From Deltaproteobacteria bacterium (GTDB taxonomy: Bacteria > Desulfobacterota > Dissulfuribacteria > Dissulfuribacterales > QOAL01), in assembly GCA_026986785.1 (NCBI GenBank), contig JALSNW010000024.1, forward strand, positions 30,223 to 94,222: DNA of 64,000 nucleotides, written 5' to 3'. Positions within the stretch are counted from its first letter, which is position 1, and each line of letters starts with the position of its first letter. The translations under genes and the position numbers were made by a program. This document shows positions 47,308 to 57,937 of this stretch, piece after piece. The notes beneath the pieces were generated by a model that made no database searches, was not told where the DNA came from, and was given only the letters and a program-made list of their open reading frames with translations.

Positions 47308-49299
47308 CTACTTCTTTTTCAGTATGGCCTTGCTACCCTTTATTAGATCGTCCACTACCGAAGGATCAGCAAGGGTGGAGGTATCTCCGAAGTCCTTGGT
47401 GTCTCCTGCAGCGATCTTTCTGAGTATACGGCGCATGATCTTTCCACTTCTTGTCTTTGGAAGGCCCGATGCAAATTGGATCACCTCTGGAGAGGCAATG
47501 GGACCAATTTCCTTCCTGACATGGGTTCTCAACTCATTCATTAGTTTGTCACTTTCCTTGACACCGGCCTTTAGTGTCACATAGGCATAGATGGCCTGGC
47601 CCTTGATTGGATGTGGCATACCCACTACTGCTGCCTCGGCCACTGCCGGATGGGCCACAAGAGCAGATTCTATCTCTGCAGTACCCATGCGATGGCCTGA
47701 GACATTTATGACATCGTCCAGGCGTCCCATGATCCAGAAATAGCCATCCTCGTCCCTTCTCGCCCCATCACCTGCGTCGTAAACCCCTGGGAATCTTTCA
47801 AAGTATGTGGTCTTAAACCTTTGAGGGTCGCCAAAGACACCCCTCAACATACCAGGCCAGGGTTTTTTGATCACGAGATGACCTCCCTCGTTGACAGAGG
47901 CACGGCTTCCATCCTCCCTGAGGATATCTGCATCCACTCCTGGAAGGGGAAGGGTTGCAGAACCAGGCTTGAGTGGAGTGGCAAAGGGCAGAGGGGAGAT
48001 GAGGATTCCACCCGTCTCTGTCTGCCACCAGGTGTCCACTATGGGCAACTTGCCCTTGCCTATATTTTCATAGTACCACATCCAGGCCTCTGGATTTATG
48101 GGCTCACCAACTGTTCCAAGGAGTTTCAGACTGGAGAGGTCATGTTTCTGTGTCCACTCCGTGCCTTCCCTCATCAGGGCCCTGATAACAGTAGGCGCAG
48201 TATAGAAGGTATTGACCTTGAATTTCTCCACGATCTGCCAAAATCTATCTGGGCCAGGATAGGTAGGCACACCCTCGAACATTAGAGAGGTGGCCCCAAG
48301 GGCAAGAGGACCATAAAGGATGTAGGTATGGCCTGTTATCCAGCCGATATCTGCAGTGCACCAGTAGACGTCTTCATCCTTCATGTCAAAGACCCACTGG
48401 GTGGTGTGGGCAGCATATACCATGTAGCCGCCTGTGGTATGTATTACACCCTTAGGTTTTCCCGTGCTACCACTGGTGTAGAGAATGAAGAGGATGTCCT
48501 CGGCATTCATCGGTACAGGATCACACTTGTCCGTGATATCACTGGCAGAGATCTCATCATGCCACCATGAATCACGGCCTTTCTTCATCTTTACTTCATT
48601 GCCAGCCCTCTTTACTACGATACAGCTCTCGACCGAAGGGCAATCCTTGAGGGCCTCATCCGCATTTGGCTTTAGTGGGATGGTCTTACCAGCTCTCAAC
48701 ACTGCATCTGATGTGATGAGGATCTTGGCCTGGCAGTCATGAATCCTGTTCTGCAGGCTCGATGCACTGAAACCTGCAAAGACAACGCTATGCATGGCCC
48801 CGATCCTGGCACAGGCCAACATTGCAATTGGCAATTCAGGGATCATGGGTAGATATATGGACACCCTATCTCCCTTTTTCACACCGTGTTTCTTTAACAC
48901 ATTGGCAAACCGGCATACCTCTGTATGCAGCATCTGATAGGTATATACCTTTACCTCTCCATCCGGTTCTCCCTGCCAGATGATAGCGGCCTTGTTGCGC
49001 CTGCCATCGGTAAGGTGCCTGTCCAGACAGTTATAGGATGCATTGAGTTGACCGCCGATGAACCACTCTATCTTCGGCTTATGAAAATCTGCCCTTACAA
49101 CAGTCCTCCACTTCCTGTTCCAGGAGATGAGTTCCTCTGCCCTCTTTCCCCAGAAACCCGCCGGGTCTTCCATGGATTTCTTGTAATGCTCCCTGTATTC
49201 CTTCATGCTCTTCACGTGCGCGGTCATCTGGGCCTTGCGTGAAGGGCGAAAGACTCGTTCTTCCGACATCAAGCTTTCGATTTTTCCACTTTTGTCCAT
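47308..49299 (-). CDS. acs: Acetyl-CoA synthetase
   Basis: AMP-binding motif [12 protein letters not shown] and C-terminal SGKIMRR. The sequence is Acs-like along its full length. Confidence 0.93.
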   Translation of the reverse strand: MDKSGKIESLMSEERVFRPSRKAQMTAHVKSMKEYREHYKKSMEDPAGFWGKRAEELISWNRKWRTVVRADFHKPKIEWFIGGQLNASYNCLDRHLTDGRRNKAAIIWQGEPDGEVKVYTYQMLHTEVCRFANVLKKHGVKKGDRVSIYLPMIPELPIAMLACARIGAMHSVVFAGFSASSLQNRIHDCQAKILITSDAVLRAGKTIPLKPNADEALKDCPSVESCIVVKRAGNEVKMKKGRDSWWHDEISASDITDKCDPVPMNAEDILFILYTSGSTGKPKGVIHTTGGYMVYAAHTTQWVFDMKDEDVYWCTADIGWITGHTYILYGPLALGATSLMFEGVPTYPGPDRFWQIVEKFKVNTFYTAPTVIRALMREGTEWTQKHDLSSLKLLGTVGEPINPEAWMWYYENIGKGKLPIVDTWWQTETGGILISPLPFATPLKPGSATLPLPGVDADILREDGSRASVNEGGHLVIKKPWPGMLRGVFGDPQRFKTTYFERFPGVYDAGDGARRDEDGYFWIMGRLDDVINVSGHRMGTAEIESALVAHPAVAEAAVVGMPHPIKGQAIYAYVTLKAGVKESDKLMNELRTHVRKEIGPIASPEVIQFASGLPKTRSGKIMRRILRKIAAGDTKDFGDTSTLADPSVVDDLIKGSKAILKKK

Positions 49300-49333
49300 T
49301 TGCCTGGTTCTCCCTTCTTCAAATATTATTGGC

Positions 49334-49356
49334 CCGGCATATCGTATGCCGGTTTT
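49334..49356. other. Perfect 8-bp hairpin in the acs leader (terminator-like when read on the plus strand)
   Basis: CCGGCATA-tcg-TATGCCGG followed by TTTT on the plus strand. It lies between the predicted acs promoter and the start codon. Confidence 0.4.
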
Positions 49357-49375
49357 GAGTTGAAAAAACTGAGCT

Positions 49376-49404
49376 ACTATTCAATTATTTTGTCCTCTTG
49401 TCAA
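49376..49404 (-). promoter_or_regulatory. Sigma-70 promoter candidate TTGACA-N17-AATAGT for acs
   Basis: Read on the minus strand. The -35 is perfect and the -10 matches at 4/6 positions. Confidence 0.4.
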
Positions 49405-49576
49405 GGATTAATATTATGTTATTTTGGTTTAAATTTTAGCAAGTTAGCTTTTACTTTTGCGGCATACATAATTATTACTTTCTAAATGTTACGACAAATT
49501 ATATTTTCCTATTTTCACAAACAATATTATCTTTATTGCACAAGCTCAGTTATTTGCTTAAAAATTCTACAAAAAA

Positions 49577-50800
49577 ATGAAATCGGAACTGATTAGCAAA
49601 ATAAGGAAAAGGGCCCTGGAGATCCAAGATTGGATGATCCACATAAGACGCAGGCTTCATCAATATCCGGAGACAGCCTTTCAGGAAAAAAATACAGCCA
49701 AACTCATATGTGACGAATTGCTCAAGCTCGGAATCCCCTTCAAAAACCACATAGCCCTTACTGGGATAATTGGCTTCATAGGAGAAGACCAAGGGGAGTC
49801 GACACCGATAGTAGCTCTCAGGGCAGACATGGACGCATTGCCAATCCAGGAGGAAACCGGTCTCAGCTTTTCATCGAAAAGGCCTGGGTTCATGCATGCC
49901 TGTGGCCACGATGGGCATGTGGCCATGCTCCTTGGGGCAGCAAATATCCTCTCGGCTATCAATGCCGTTGATGGTGCTGGCATACGCTTGCTATTTCAGC
50001 CTGCCGAAGAAGGACAGGCAGGTGCACGATCCATGATAGATGATGGATGCCTCGAAGGGGTTGAAATCATCTTTGGAGGACACATCGATGCCAACCTACC
50101 TGTAGGGCGGATTGCAGTGCAAGAAGGCCTCATCTGCGCCTATGCCGATGGTTTTGAACTCTCAATAAAAGGAAAGGGGGGGCATGCGGCAAGACCACAT
50201 GAGGCATGCGACGCCCTGGTGGCCGCAAGCCATTTGGTAGTAATGGTCCAGTCCATATTGACCAGAAAGATAAATCCCCAGATGCCCTCTGTCATATCCA
50301 TTGGGCAATTGAATGCTGGAACCGTACCCAATGCCATAGCCTCGGAGGCCACCCTCACAGGGACTGTACGTACCACCGAGCAAGAGACAAGGGCAAGGCT
50401 CTTCGAAGAACTCGAACGTCTCGTAAGGGGCCTGGAGACCTCTTTCGGTGTCTGCTGCAATCTGAGATTCAATGACTCCTACCCCCCTGTGATAAATCAT
50501 CCAGAGGCTACTGCCATAGCAAAAAAAGCAGCCGAGGCGGTTGTTGGAAAAGATCTGGTCATACCCTATCCCATCCCCAGTCTTGGCGGGGAGGACTTCT
50601 CTTTTTACCTGAGACATGTCCCTGGTTGCTTTGTAAGATTTGGAGCGGCTTTGAAGACATCGGACAATGCCCCTGCCCCTGCCCATAGCTCCAGATTCGA
50701 TTTCAATGAAGACGTACTTGTGACAGGGGCAAGTTTCTTTGCCACATGTGCCCTTGAAGCCCTTTATCATCTAAGACAAAATGAGCACAAAACCAAGTAA
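49577..50800 (+). CDS. M20-family amidohydrolase (N-acyl-amino-acid/hippurate hydrolase-like)
   Basis: MHACGHDGH metal-binding motif and M20D-like length. Confidence 0.8.
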   Translation: MKSELISKIRKRALEIQDWMIHIRRRLHQYPETAFQEKNTAKLICDELLKLGIPFKNHIALTGIIGFIGEDQGESTPIVALRADMDALPIQEETGLSFSSKRPGFMHACGHDGHVAMLLGAANILSAINAVDGAGIRLLFQPAEEGQAGARSMIDDGCLEGVEIIFGGHIDANLPVGRIAVQEGLICAYADGFELSIKGKGGHAARPHEACDALVAASHLVVMVQSILTRKINPQMPSVISIGQLNAGTVPNAIASEATLTGTVRTTEQETRARLFEELERLVRGLETSFGVCCNLRFNDSYPPVINHPEATAIAKKAAEAVVGKDLVIPYPIPSLGGEDFSFYLRHVPGCFVRFGAALKTSDNAPAPAHSSRFDFNEDVLVTGASFFATCALEALYHLRQNEHKTK

Positions 50801-51914
50801 GGACAATCACATCTCATTTAAAAAAAGTAGGCTCTTCACCCTTGGCTGCGAGATAGAATTCCAACTACTCGATCCTGAAACCCTTGAACTCAAATCCAGA
50901 TCCGTGCAGATCCTTGACAGCTTACCCAAGAGATATAGGCCAAAGATCAAACAGGAATTCATACAGTCCATGGTGGAGGTATGCACAGGGATATGCAGCA
51001 ATATCATAGAGATAGAAAGAGATCTAAGGCAAACCATACACGAGCTCGACCACTTGGCAAAGGAACAAGAATGCATCGTGTTTGCCTCGAGCCTCCATCC
51101 CTTTTCCAGATTCGACCAGCAAAGGATCTTCCCAGACCAGCGCTATGAAAAGATACTGGAAGAACTTGGTATTGTAGGCAGAAGGCTCATCACCCAAGGA
51201 CTCCACTGTCATGTAGGCCTCGACAGTAGCCATATGGCCATAAAGGTCTTCGACAGGCTACGCCACTGGCTTCCCCTGCTTCTGGCCTTGAGTGCCTCCT
51301 CACCTTTTTTCCAGGGTGTTGACACAGGCTTTGCGTCATACAGGTCCAAGCTCTTCGATGCGCTCCCCAGATCGGGCATGCCCCAAAAACTCGGCTCATG
51401 GGGATATTATTGTGACCTTGTAAACCTCTTGAAAAAATGTGGCATCATTGATGCGCCCAGGGATATCTGGTGGGATGTCCGGCCTAGCCCTGACTTCGGC
51501 ACCATTGAAATAAGGATATGTGATGTACCAAGCCGTTTCACCTCAATAGTGGCCATAGTCGCCTTGATCCAGGCCATGGTTGCTGCCATTGCCACAAACA
51601 AGCTGAAACCACCAAATACGCATATCTCGATTCTTCTCAATAACAAATGGCAGGCTGCACGGCATGGACTCCAGGGATATTTTGTCAGCCAAGAACACCA
51701 TGCACAAAAACATATCAAAGACAAGCTTCTGGAACTATTACGAGAACTCGAGCCTGTTTTCTCTGAACTTGGTTCCTCGGATTATGTTCAGATCCTAAGA
51801 CAGATGGTAAAACAGGGCACTTGCAGCCACCTCATAAGGTCCATTGTAAAGGGACATGGAGATATAAAAGAGGCCATCAGGCAACTACACCAAGATTTCT
51901 GGAAGGGGTATTGA
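50781..51914 (+). CDS. ybdK: Carboxylate-amine ligase, YbdK / glutamate-cysteine ligase family 2
   Basis: The N-terminus FTLGCEIEFQLLD is typical of the YbdK family. It overlaps the M20 gene by 20 nt. Confidence 0.75.
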   Translation: MSTKPSKDNHISFKKSRLFTLGCEIEFQLLDPETLELKSRSVQILDSLPKRYRPKIKQEFIQSMVEVCTGICSNIIEIERDLRQTIHELDHLAKEQECIVFASSLHPFSRFDQQRIFPDQRYEKILEELGIVGRRLITQGLHCHVGLDSSHMAIKVFDRLRHWLPLLLALSASSPFFQGVDTGFASYRSKLFDALPRSGMPQKLGSWGYYCDLVNLLKKCGIIDAPRDIWWDVRPSPDFGTIEIRICDVPSRFTSIVAIVALIQAMVAAIATNKLKPPNTHISILLNNKWQAARHGLQGYFVSQEHHAQKHIKDKLLELLRELEPVFSELGSSDYVQILRQMVKQGTCSHLIRSIVKGHGDIKEAIRQLHQDFWKGY

Positions 51915-51937
51915 CAGACCCCCAGGCACAAGAAAAA

Positions 51938-52804
51938 CTACACGAACACCTGGGCGAACTCCTGGGCCTCCTCGTCTGCCTGCTCCAATATCATCATGGC
52001 GGATTCATGATCTGTGTTGAGGACATCCTTGATCACTTCAAGGATATGTTCCCGTTCCTTTTCCCCAACTCCATCTACTGGATACCTGAGGTGGGAGACA
52101 GCTCTTACAGCGGTTGTCACATCGGAATTGTCCCAGGCACTATGATGGTGAAGTATGGCCTCCAGGAGATAATCCGGGAAACACCACTTCTCAGCCATGA
52201 GGGCCCCTATGACCTGGTGATCAAAACCAAAGTTCTGCCTTTCCAGCTCGTGGAGCCTTATTTCATTGTCCACGTTCCATGACTCTATGGTCACACAATA
52301 ATCCATGTCCTTTACGTGAATAAGCACTGGGATGGCCATATCCTGGAGAAGGCCTGCGGTAAAGGATTCCATCTGTACCCTTGGATCCAGATGCCTGGCA
52401 ATGGCCCTGGCTATACATGCCCGTTTGGCACTAGTCTGCCAGAAAATCCTATGATCCAGGCATGCCATTTTGCTATCTGGCACAGCATTGCGCACTGCAA
52501 TCGGTAGGATTATGGATTCGAGGCGTGCCCTCCCGAGCAAGGTGATGGCATGTTTGATATTACCGACCTTCCTTGTAAGGCCGTGGGCTGCCGAATTCAC
52601 GGCCTTTAGTACGCTTACGTGCATGCCGGGATCGGCCTCTATGTTCCTGGAGATCTCGTTCAGGGGTGCATCGAGATCCCTCAACATCTCCAGCGTCTTT
52701 ACGACTGCAGCGGGGAATGAGGGTAGTTCGTAGCCGTCGAGAAGTTCCCGAAGCTCACTATCCGGATCTTTCTTCTTGCGTTTTAAAAAATCAAAAAAGC
52801 CCAT
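51938..52804 (-). CDS. HDOD domain protein
   Basis: LPSFPAAVVKTLEMLRD....ISRNIEADPGMHVSVLKAVNSAAHGL...AITLLG is the HDOD pattern. Confidence 0.8.
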   Translation of the reverse strand: MGFFDFLKRKKKDPDSELRELLDGYELPSFPAAVVKTLEMLRDLDAPLNEISRNIEADPGMHVSVLKAVNSAAHGLTRKVGNIKHAITLLGRARLESIILPIAVRNAVPDSKMACLDHRIFWQTSAKRACIARAIARHLDPRVQMESFTAGLLQDMAIPVLIHVKDMDYCVTIESWNVDNEIRLHELERQNFGFDHQVIGALMAEKWCFPDYLLEAILHHHSAWDNSDVTTAVRAVSHLRYPVDGVGEKEREHILEVIKDVLNTDHESAMMILEQADEEAQEFAQVFV

Positions 52805-52810
52805 ATATTT

Positions 52811-53806
52811 TCAGTCCGCCCTTCTCGCCATTTTATTGCTCAATATGGACAACAGACCACCTAACATTATGTAACCTGTTATCACTTCAGCCATGACTAT
52901 CACCTGCCCCAAGGCAGACGATGGGATCACGTCTCCAAAACCCAGGGTAGTAAGGGTAACTACACTGAGATAGAGATTGGAAATGGAGGTGGGATGGGGG
53001 CCATAATCAATTCCAACCATGGAATATAACCAGGTGAAGAAAAAGATTAACATTACTATCCAGATACACCAACGGGCCATGCTCCTTCCACAGTCACTGG
53101 TGATGAGCCACAAATAGTATACTATCCTGGAAATCCTTCCAGCCTCTTTGAATTCCTTAAGAAAATTTTGATCACTTGCAAAGCGCCGCATCAGATAGGC
53201 CCCTGCAAAGTTTACGTTTCTCAGATCTGTACCGATCCACATGGCCTTCTTGTATCCGCTAATAAGCCTGAGGCGACAGTCCCGCATGTCTGCGTTTGAA
53301 AAATTTGCCCCTTCCACCCTTGACATGGAGAGATCCGATGATTGAAGCACTGCCTCGGTAAAATCCGCCTCTCTCAGATCTGCCTCCCTTAACCTGGCAT
53401 TTTTCAGGTCTGCACAGCGCATATCAGCACCCCTGAGACAACCCTTTATGAAACTTGAAAGTTCCAACCTCGCGTTGAATAGACTGGCACCTGAAAGATC
53501 TGCCATGCCAAAGCTTGCCCGTATTGCCCGAACCTCGTCCAGATTGGCGCCTGAAAGATCTGCACCTGAAAGATTGGCACGCCTCAGATTTGCTCCCTGG
53601 AGTATGGCCCCTGAAAGATTGGCATTTAGGAGTACGCACTTGGATAGATTTGCGTCTGAAAGGTCTGCACCTGAGAGATCTGCCCCGCTCAGATTCATGC
53701 CGCTCAGGTCTTTTCCGGACAGATAGGCCCCCCTTAGATCTCTTACATCACTGAGCCCTTCGTCTTGGGCACTGGATAGAGGATCTGAAAAATTGGCTGA
53801 CTTCAT
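52811..53806 (-). CDS. Pentapeptide-repeat domain fused to a 2-TM K+-channel pore
   Basis: About 190 aa of A(D/N)LSG-type pentapeptide repeats, then TM1, a pore helix with selectivity filter TLTTLGFGD, and TM2. Confidence 0.8.
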   Translation of the reverse strand: MKSANFSDPLSSAQDEGLSDVRDLRGAYLSGKDLSGMNLSGADLSGADLSDANLSKCVLLNANLSGAILQGANLRRANLSGADLSGANLDEVRAIRASFGMADLSGASLFNARLELSSFIKGCLRGADMRCADLKNARLREADLREADFTEAVLQSSDLSMSRVEGANFSNADMRDCRLRLISGYKKAMWIGTDLRNVNFAGAYLMRRFASDQNFLKEFKEAGRISRIVYYLWLITSDCGRSMARWCIWIVMLIFFFTWLYSMVGIDYGPHPTSISNLYLSVVTLTTLGFGDVIPSSALGQVIVMAEVITGYIMLGGLLSILSNKMARRAD

Positions 53807-54045
53807 GGATCTCCTTTCCCATTCGAATCTTTCAGTCTGCTTATCGGATAAAAGGCCTTGTTTCGAAACGCTTCAGGTAAAGATCTTGCCACGACTACTT
53901 GAGCAAGGCATTGAAATCCCTCGCAAGGGCCATATTTCTATCAAACTTCTATGTCCACGAGGCATCGATGTGGTATATTTTCTCTGTTTTTTTTATTCGA
54001 ATTGGTCTGAAGTCTTGGATAATTTCCGGAAAAGAGGCCTACTTC

Positions 54046-55812
54046 ATGAGTGGACAAAAAAAAATCAAAAAACTTGGCGAGCTACAGGCAACGGCCATAT
54101 GTGGAAACGATATAACCTCGTCTGTCCTATATGTCTCTGCCCTATCCATCATGGCCGCAGGCAAATTTGCCTGGATAGCCCTGTTGATAGTAGCTGGCGT
54201 CCTTTATCTCTTCAGAAAGATCTACGGAGAGGTCGTAGGGGCTCTACCCCTGAATGGCGGGGCATATAATGCCTTGCTCAACACCACGAGTAAATCCATG
54301 GCCTCCTTGGCCGCAAGCCTCACCCTGCTCTCTTATATTGCAACAGCGGTCATATCCGCCTCCGAGGCCATGTATTACCTCCACAGTATCATACCAGCAG
54401 TACCTGTCATCCCTGCCACCATTGCTGTGCTGGCCATATTCATGGGCCTCACCATTCTCGGCATCGGGGAGTCTGCCATGGTTGCAGAGATCATATTTCT
54501 CTTCCACCTGGCATCCCTGGTACTCCTTGCAGGCACCATAATAAGCTATCTCGTCTCCAATGGTTTTGACATATTCCTCGCCAACAATCAGGCCCCAACC
54601 CCCCATGGCAGCGTAGTCAAGGCCATATTCTGGGGCTTTTCCGCAGCCATGTTGGGGATATCCGGCTTTGAAAGCTCGGCGAACTTCGTAGAAGAACAGG
54701 CCCCAGGCGTATTTCCAAAGACACTGAGAAACATGTGGATTGCAGTTAGCATCTTCAATCCCCTCATGGCCTTTCTGGCCCTTGCTATCGTCCCTATCGA
54801 TCAGGTGGGCAACTATGAATCATCTCTCCTTTCACACATGGCTGAAATAACTGGTGGGCCCTTGTTGGCCAGTCTGATTTCCATCGATGCAGTGCTGGTG
54901 TTGAGTGGTGCAGTACTCACATCCTACGTGGGTGTTACTGGCCTTGTAGAGAGGATAACCCTGGACAGGATATTCCCTGCCTTTTTGCTCAAGAAGAACA
55001 AAAGAGGCAGTTCATATAGGATCATAATCGCCTTCTTCCTCCTGTGTGTCTCCATACTGTTCATCACCCATGGCGAAGTAGAGGTGCTTGCCGGTGTCTA
55101 TACCATATCTTTCCTGTCCGTCATGGCCCTTTTTGCAATAGGCAATATCCTTCTCAAGGTAAAGAGGAAATCACTGCCACGGCCAGAGCGAGCCAGTTGG
55201 GGCTCGGTATTCTTGGCAATCATCGCAGTTGTTGCAGCCCTTACTGGTAACATCCTCAAGACACCTGAACCAGGACAGTCAGCAAACGTGGTCATATTTG
55301 CCGAATACTTCATACCAACCATTATCATCATAGCAATCATGCTCAACAGGATTGCTATCTTGGAATTGATCCTCCACTTCATAGAGATCATGTTCGAACC
55401 TGTCTTGAGATTCGTTACCAGGATCAACCAAAAGATCTTTGAGACCATAGACAGGATCCAATCCCAGGAATTCGTCTTCTTCACAAGGGGAGACAATCTT
55501 GCAAACCTCAACAAGGTGCTCCTCTACATCAGGAACAATGAACATACCAAAAAGATAAAGATAGTCACCGTGATGCAGGAAGAAGACAAGAAACTCCTTG
55601 AGAAACTTGAAAGAGACCTAAAATTTCTCGATCGAGAATATCCTGATATCAATATAGAATTTGTCAAGATCAAAGGTGAATTTGGCCCAAAGCTCATCCA
55701 GGAACTCTCTAAAAAGTGGGGAATACCAGTGAACTTCATGTTCATTGGCTCCCCAGGTGACAGATTCCCATATCGTATAGAAGAACTTGGTGGTGTGAGG
55801 CTGATCATCTGA
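54046..55812 (+). CDS. APC-superfamily permease with C-terminal cytoplasmic domain
   Basis: About 12 TM segments (ICGNDITSSVLYV start pattern) and a soluble tail of about 170 aa. The ATG at 54046 is preferred over the TTG at 53899. Confidence 0.7.
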   Translation: MSGQKKIKKLGELQATAICGNDITSSVLYVSALSIMAAGKFAWIALLIVAGVLYLFRKIYGEVVGALPLNGGAYNALLNTTSKSMASLAASLTLLSYIATAVISASEAMYYLHSIIPAVPVIPATIAVLAIFMGLTILGIGESAMVAEIIFLFHLASLVLLAGTIISYLVSNGFDIFLANNQAPTPHGSVVKAIFWGFSAAMLGISGFESSANFVEEQAPGVFPKTLRNMWIAVSIFNPLMAFLALAIVPIDQVGNYESSLLSHMAEITGGPLLASLISIDAVLVLSGAVLTSYVGVTGLVERITLDRIFPAFLLKKNKRGSSYRIIIAFFLLCVSILFITHGEVEVLAGVYTISFLSVMALFAIGNILLKVKRKSLPRPERASWGSVFLAIIAVVAALTGNILKTPEPGQSANVVIFAEYFIPTIIIIAIMLNRIAILELILHFIEIMFEPVLRFVTRINQKIFETIDRIQSQEFVFFTRGDNLANLNKVLLYIRNNEHTKKIKIVTVMQEEDKKLLEKLERDLKFLDREYPDINIEFVKIKGEFGPKLIQELSKKWGIPVNFMFIGSPGDRFPYRIEELGGVRLII

Positions 55813-55887
55813 CAAAGAGACAAGGCTTCAGACACAGCCTAACTTAAACAGTGGAGGTGAAGGCCGGTTCAGGCTATCTACAAATTC

Positions 55888-56391
55888 CTACATCTCGTAG
55901 AGTGTATCATCCCTCGATGGAGGCAAACACCTTCTCTTGAGACCTTTTATGGCCTTCTTGGCCCCTATGCTGGCAAAGATATCATCATCCTCAAAAAGAT
56001 CCCCTATCTCCTCTTCTATGGCATCTGGATCTTCCCCCGCCTCCATCCTCTTTATGGCCTCTTCCATGGGGCCCCCGACCTCAAGGCCAGTGGCGTCGAA
56101 GAGTTTTCTCATGAGCTTTGCCGCTTGTCTGGGATCATTCTCGTCGATGTTTTCTGCCTCGGATGCAAGAGACATCATGGCCTTTTCGAGTTTGGTCTCG
56201 TCAATATCACCCAGGGGAAAATCGTCCTCAGGCTCCTGCCTATTCTTGGAGATGGAGAAGATGGACATCTGCTTTTCCAGCTCTGGTCTTCCGCATCTCG
56301 GGCATGAGGGTCTCTTTTCGGTATTTATCCGCCGTGAAAAGAAATTGAATATGGTATGACAATCAGGACAATAGAACTCATAAACTGGCAT
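55888..56391 (-). CDS. FmdB-type zinc-ribbon protein with acidic tail
   Basis: MPVYEFYCPDCHTIF....CPRCG. The ATG at 56391 is preceded by GGAGG. Confidence 0.7.
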   Translation of the reverse strand: MPVYEFYCPDCHTIFNFFSRRINTEKRPSCPRCGRPELEKQMSIFSISKNRQEPEDDFPLGDIDETKLEKAMMSLASEAENIDENDPRQAAKLMRKLFDATGLEVGGPMEEAIKRMEAGEDPDAIEEEIGDLFEDDDIFASIGAKKAIKGLKRRCLPPSRDDTLYEM

Positions 56392-56474
56392 ACCTGAAAC
56401 CTCCTTCAGCCGTGCTGGCGCCAACCCATATCAAGATAAAAGATAAGCAGGCCCCATTGTGTTTCAACCGTGGT

Positions 56475-57047
56475 CTATGGTTCATACGGTTCAAACAGGG
56501 GAATCTGCTGCCCTTGGCCAGGTGCCTTCAGTTCCCTATGGGATGGTAGAGCACTTAGATCCTTTAGCTGAAAGACCTCGAGAAAGAATTTCGTAGTTCC
56601 GTAAAGTAGTGGCCTGCCTGGCACATCCTTTCTGCCAATGATGCGGATGAGCCTCTTGTCGAGAAGATATCTTATGGTACCGCTTGAATCCACCCCCCTG
56701 GCCTGTTCAATCTCTGCCCTGGTAACAGGCTGCTTATAGGCTATGATGGCCAATGTCTCAAGGGCTGCCCTGCTCAGGCGTTGGGGCGCCCTCTGACGGA
56801 GTCTTTGCACTTCCTGCCTGAACTTGGCCTTTGTCTGAAGTCGCCATCCCCCAGCGGTCTCGACCAATTCCACCCCCCTGTCTGGCCTACTCGTCTCCTT
56901 TTTGAGCTTGTCCAAGATCTCCCTGACCTCATCCTTTTCCACCCCTGATATTATCTCGCACATTCGCTTGAGGGTCAAAGGAGCGGGTGAAACAAAAAGG
57001 AGGGCCTCGATCTTGGCCTGCACTTCGCCCTGGACCTTTTCACCCAT
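56475..57047 (-). CDS. scpB: Segregation and condensation protein B
   Basis: IEALLFVSPAPLT...YKQPVTRAEIEQARGVDS...L..RLI is the ScpB winged-helix pattern. Confidence 0.88.
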   Translation of the reverse strand: MGEKVQGEVQAKIEALLFVSPAPLTLKRMCEIISGVEKDEVREILDKLKKETSRPDRGVELVETAGGWRLQTKAKFRQEVQRLRQRAPQRLSRAALETLAIIAYKQPVTRAEIEQARGVDSSGTIRYLLDKRLIRIIGRKDVPGRPLLYGTTKFFLEVFQLKDLSALPSHRELKAPGQGQQIPLFEPYEP

Positions 57048-57050
57048 GGC

Positions 57051-57347
57051 TCAGAGTTCTTCAACCACTACGATACCACTGACCTTGATGTCCTTTCCGT
57101 CATCGTCTATGAAGGATATATAGGAACCTTGCACCTCTATCTTGAACCGACCCTTCCAGGTCTTGATGACATTGCCATTGCAATCATAGAGGGTCACCTG
57201 TCTTTTGAGCCCAATGATATCGGATTTCAGGTGTTTTATATTCTTTCTCTGGCGCTCTGTGCATCCACCTATCAGGACAAGACAGGCTATCAAAAAAAGC
57301 ACAATAGCAAAGACAGAGATGCCTTTTCTCGTCATCATCTTTTCCAT
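57051..57347 (-). CDS. Small lipoprotein of unknown function
   Basis: Lipobox LIGGC after a hydrophobic segment. Its start overlaps the iorB stop by 1 nt. Confidence 0.6.
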   Translation of the reverse strand: MEKMMTRKGISVFAIVLFLIACLVLIGGCTERQRKNIKHLKSDIIGLKRQVTLYDCNGNVIKTWKGRFKIEVQGSYISFIDDDGKDIKVSGIVVVEEL

Positions 57348-57937
57348 CAGCACTCCACCTTGGAAAGGCCCAATTCAAAGGCCTTGAGGTTTGCATCAAC
57401 AAATTTGCTTTTCACGTTTTCTCGGATGGTCCTCTCCATCATCTCCCTGGAGACAGGCACCACTCCGAGGCCAATGAGAGTACCAAGCAAGACCACATTG
57501 ACTGCCCTGGTAGTCCCGGCCTCCTTGGCCAAGGACTCAGCGTCATAGGCACATACCCTTGAAAAATTCTCTTTCATGAAGCCTATCCAGTAATCCATAT
57601 CAGGATATTCGGCCTGCCCGAGCTCCACGGTAAAAGGGACAATAGGCACAATATTGGTCACGATGACACTGTCTACAGAGCATCTTTTAAGCGCTCTCAA
57701 GGCCTCAAGGGGCTCGAAACTTACCAATATATCAGCCTCACCGTCTGAAATTATGGGGCTATTAAGCCCTCCGAGCATAACTGTGGACTCCACCACACCG
57801 CCCCTCTGGGCCATACCATGTACTTCACTCACTCTCACAGGCATACCTGCCTCAGTGGCAGCTTGGCCAAGGAGCTTGGAAGCCAGAAGTGTGCCCTGAC
57901 CTCCCACACCTGTAAAAAGGATCTTTTTGGTTTCCAT
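57347..57937 (-). CDS. iorB: Indolepyruvate:ferredoxin oxidoreductase beta subunit
   Basis: ILFTGVGGQGTLLASKLLGQAA is the IorB/gamma-type pattern. The start METKK at 57937 overlaps the iorA stop by 1 nt. Confidence 0.8.
   Translation of the reverse strand: METKKILFTGVGGQGTLLASKLLGQAATEAGMPVRVSEVHGMAQRGGVVESTVMLGGLNSPIISDGEADILVSFEPLEALRALKRCSVDSVIVTNIVPIVPFTVELGQAEYPDMDYWIGFMKENFSRVCAYDAESLAKEAGTTRAVNVVLLGTLIGLGVVPVSREMMERTIRENVKSKFVDANLKAFELGLSKVEC

Noticed and set aside
53448-53754. Plus-strand ORFs with repetitive APERSAPERLA-type translation.
   Set aside because: They are an antisense reading of the pentapeptide-repeat coding region.
56408-56424. Sigma-54-like TGGCGC-N5-CGGCT upstream of the FmdB-type gene.
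   Set aside because: The spacing is correct, but the -12 element lacks the TGC core context. The predicted start site would also fall on the Shine-Dalgarno sequence.
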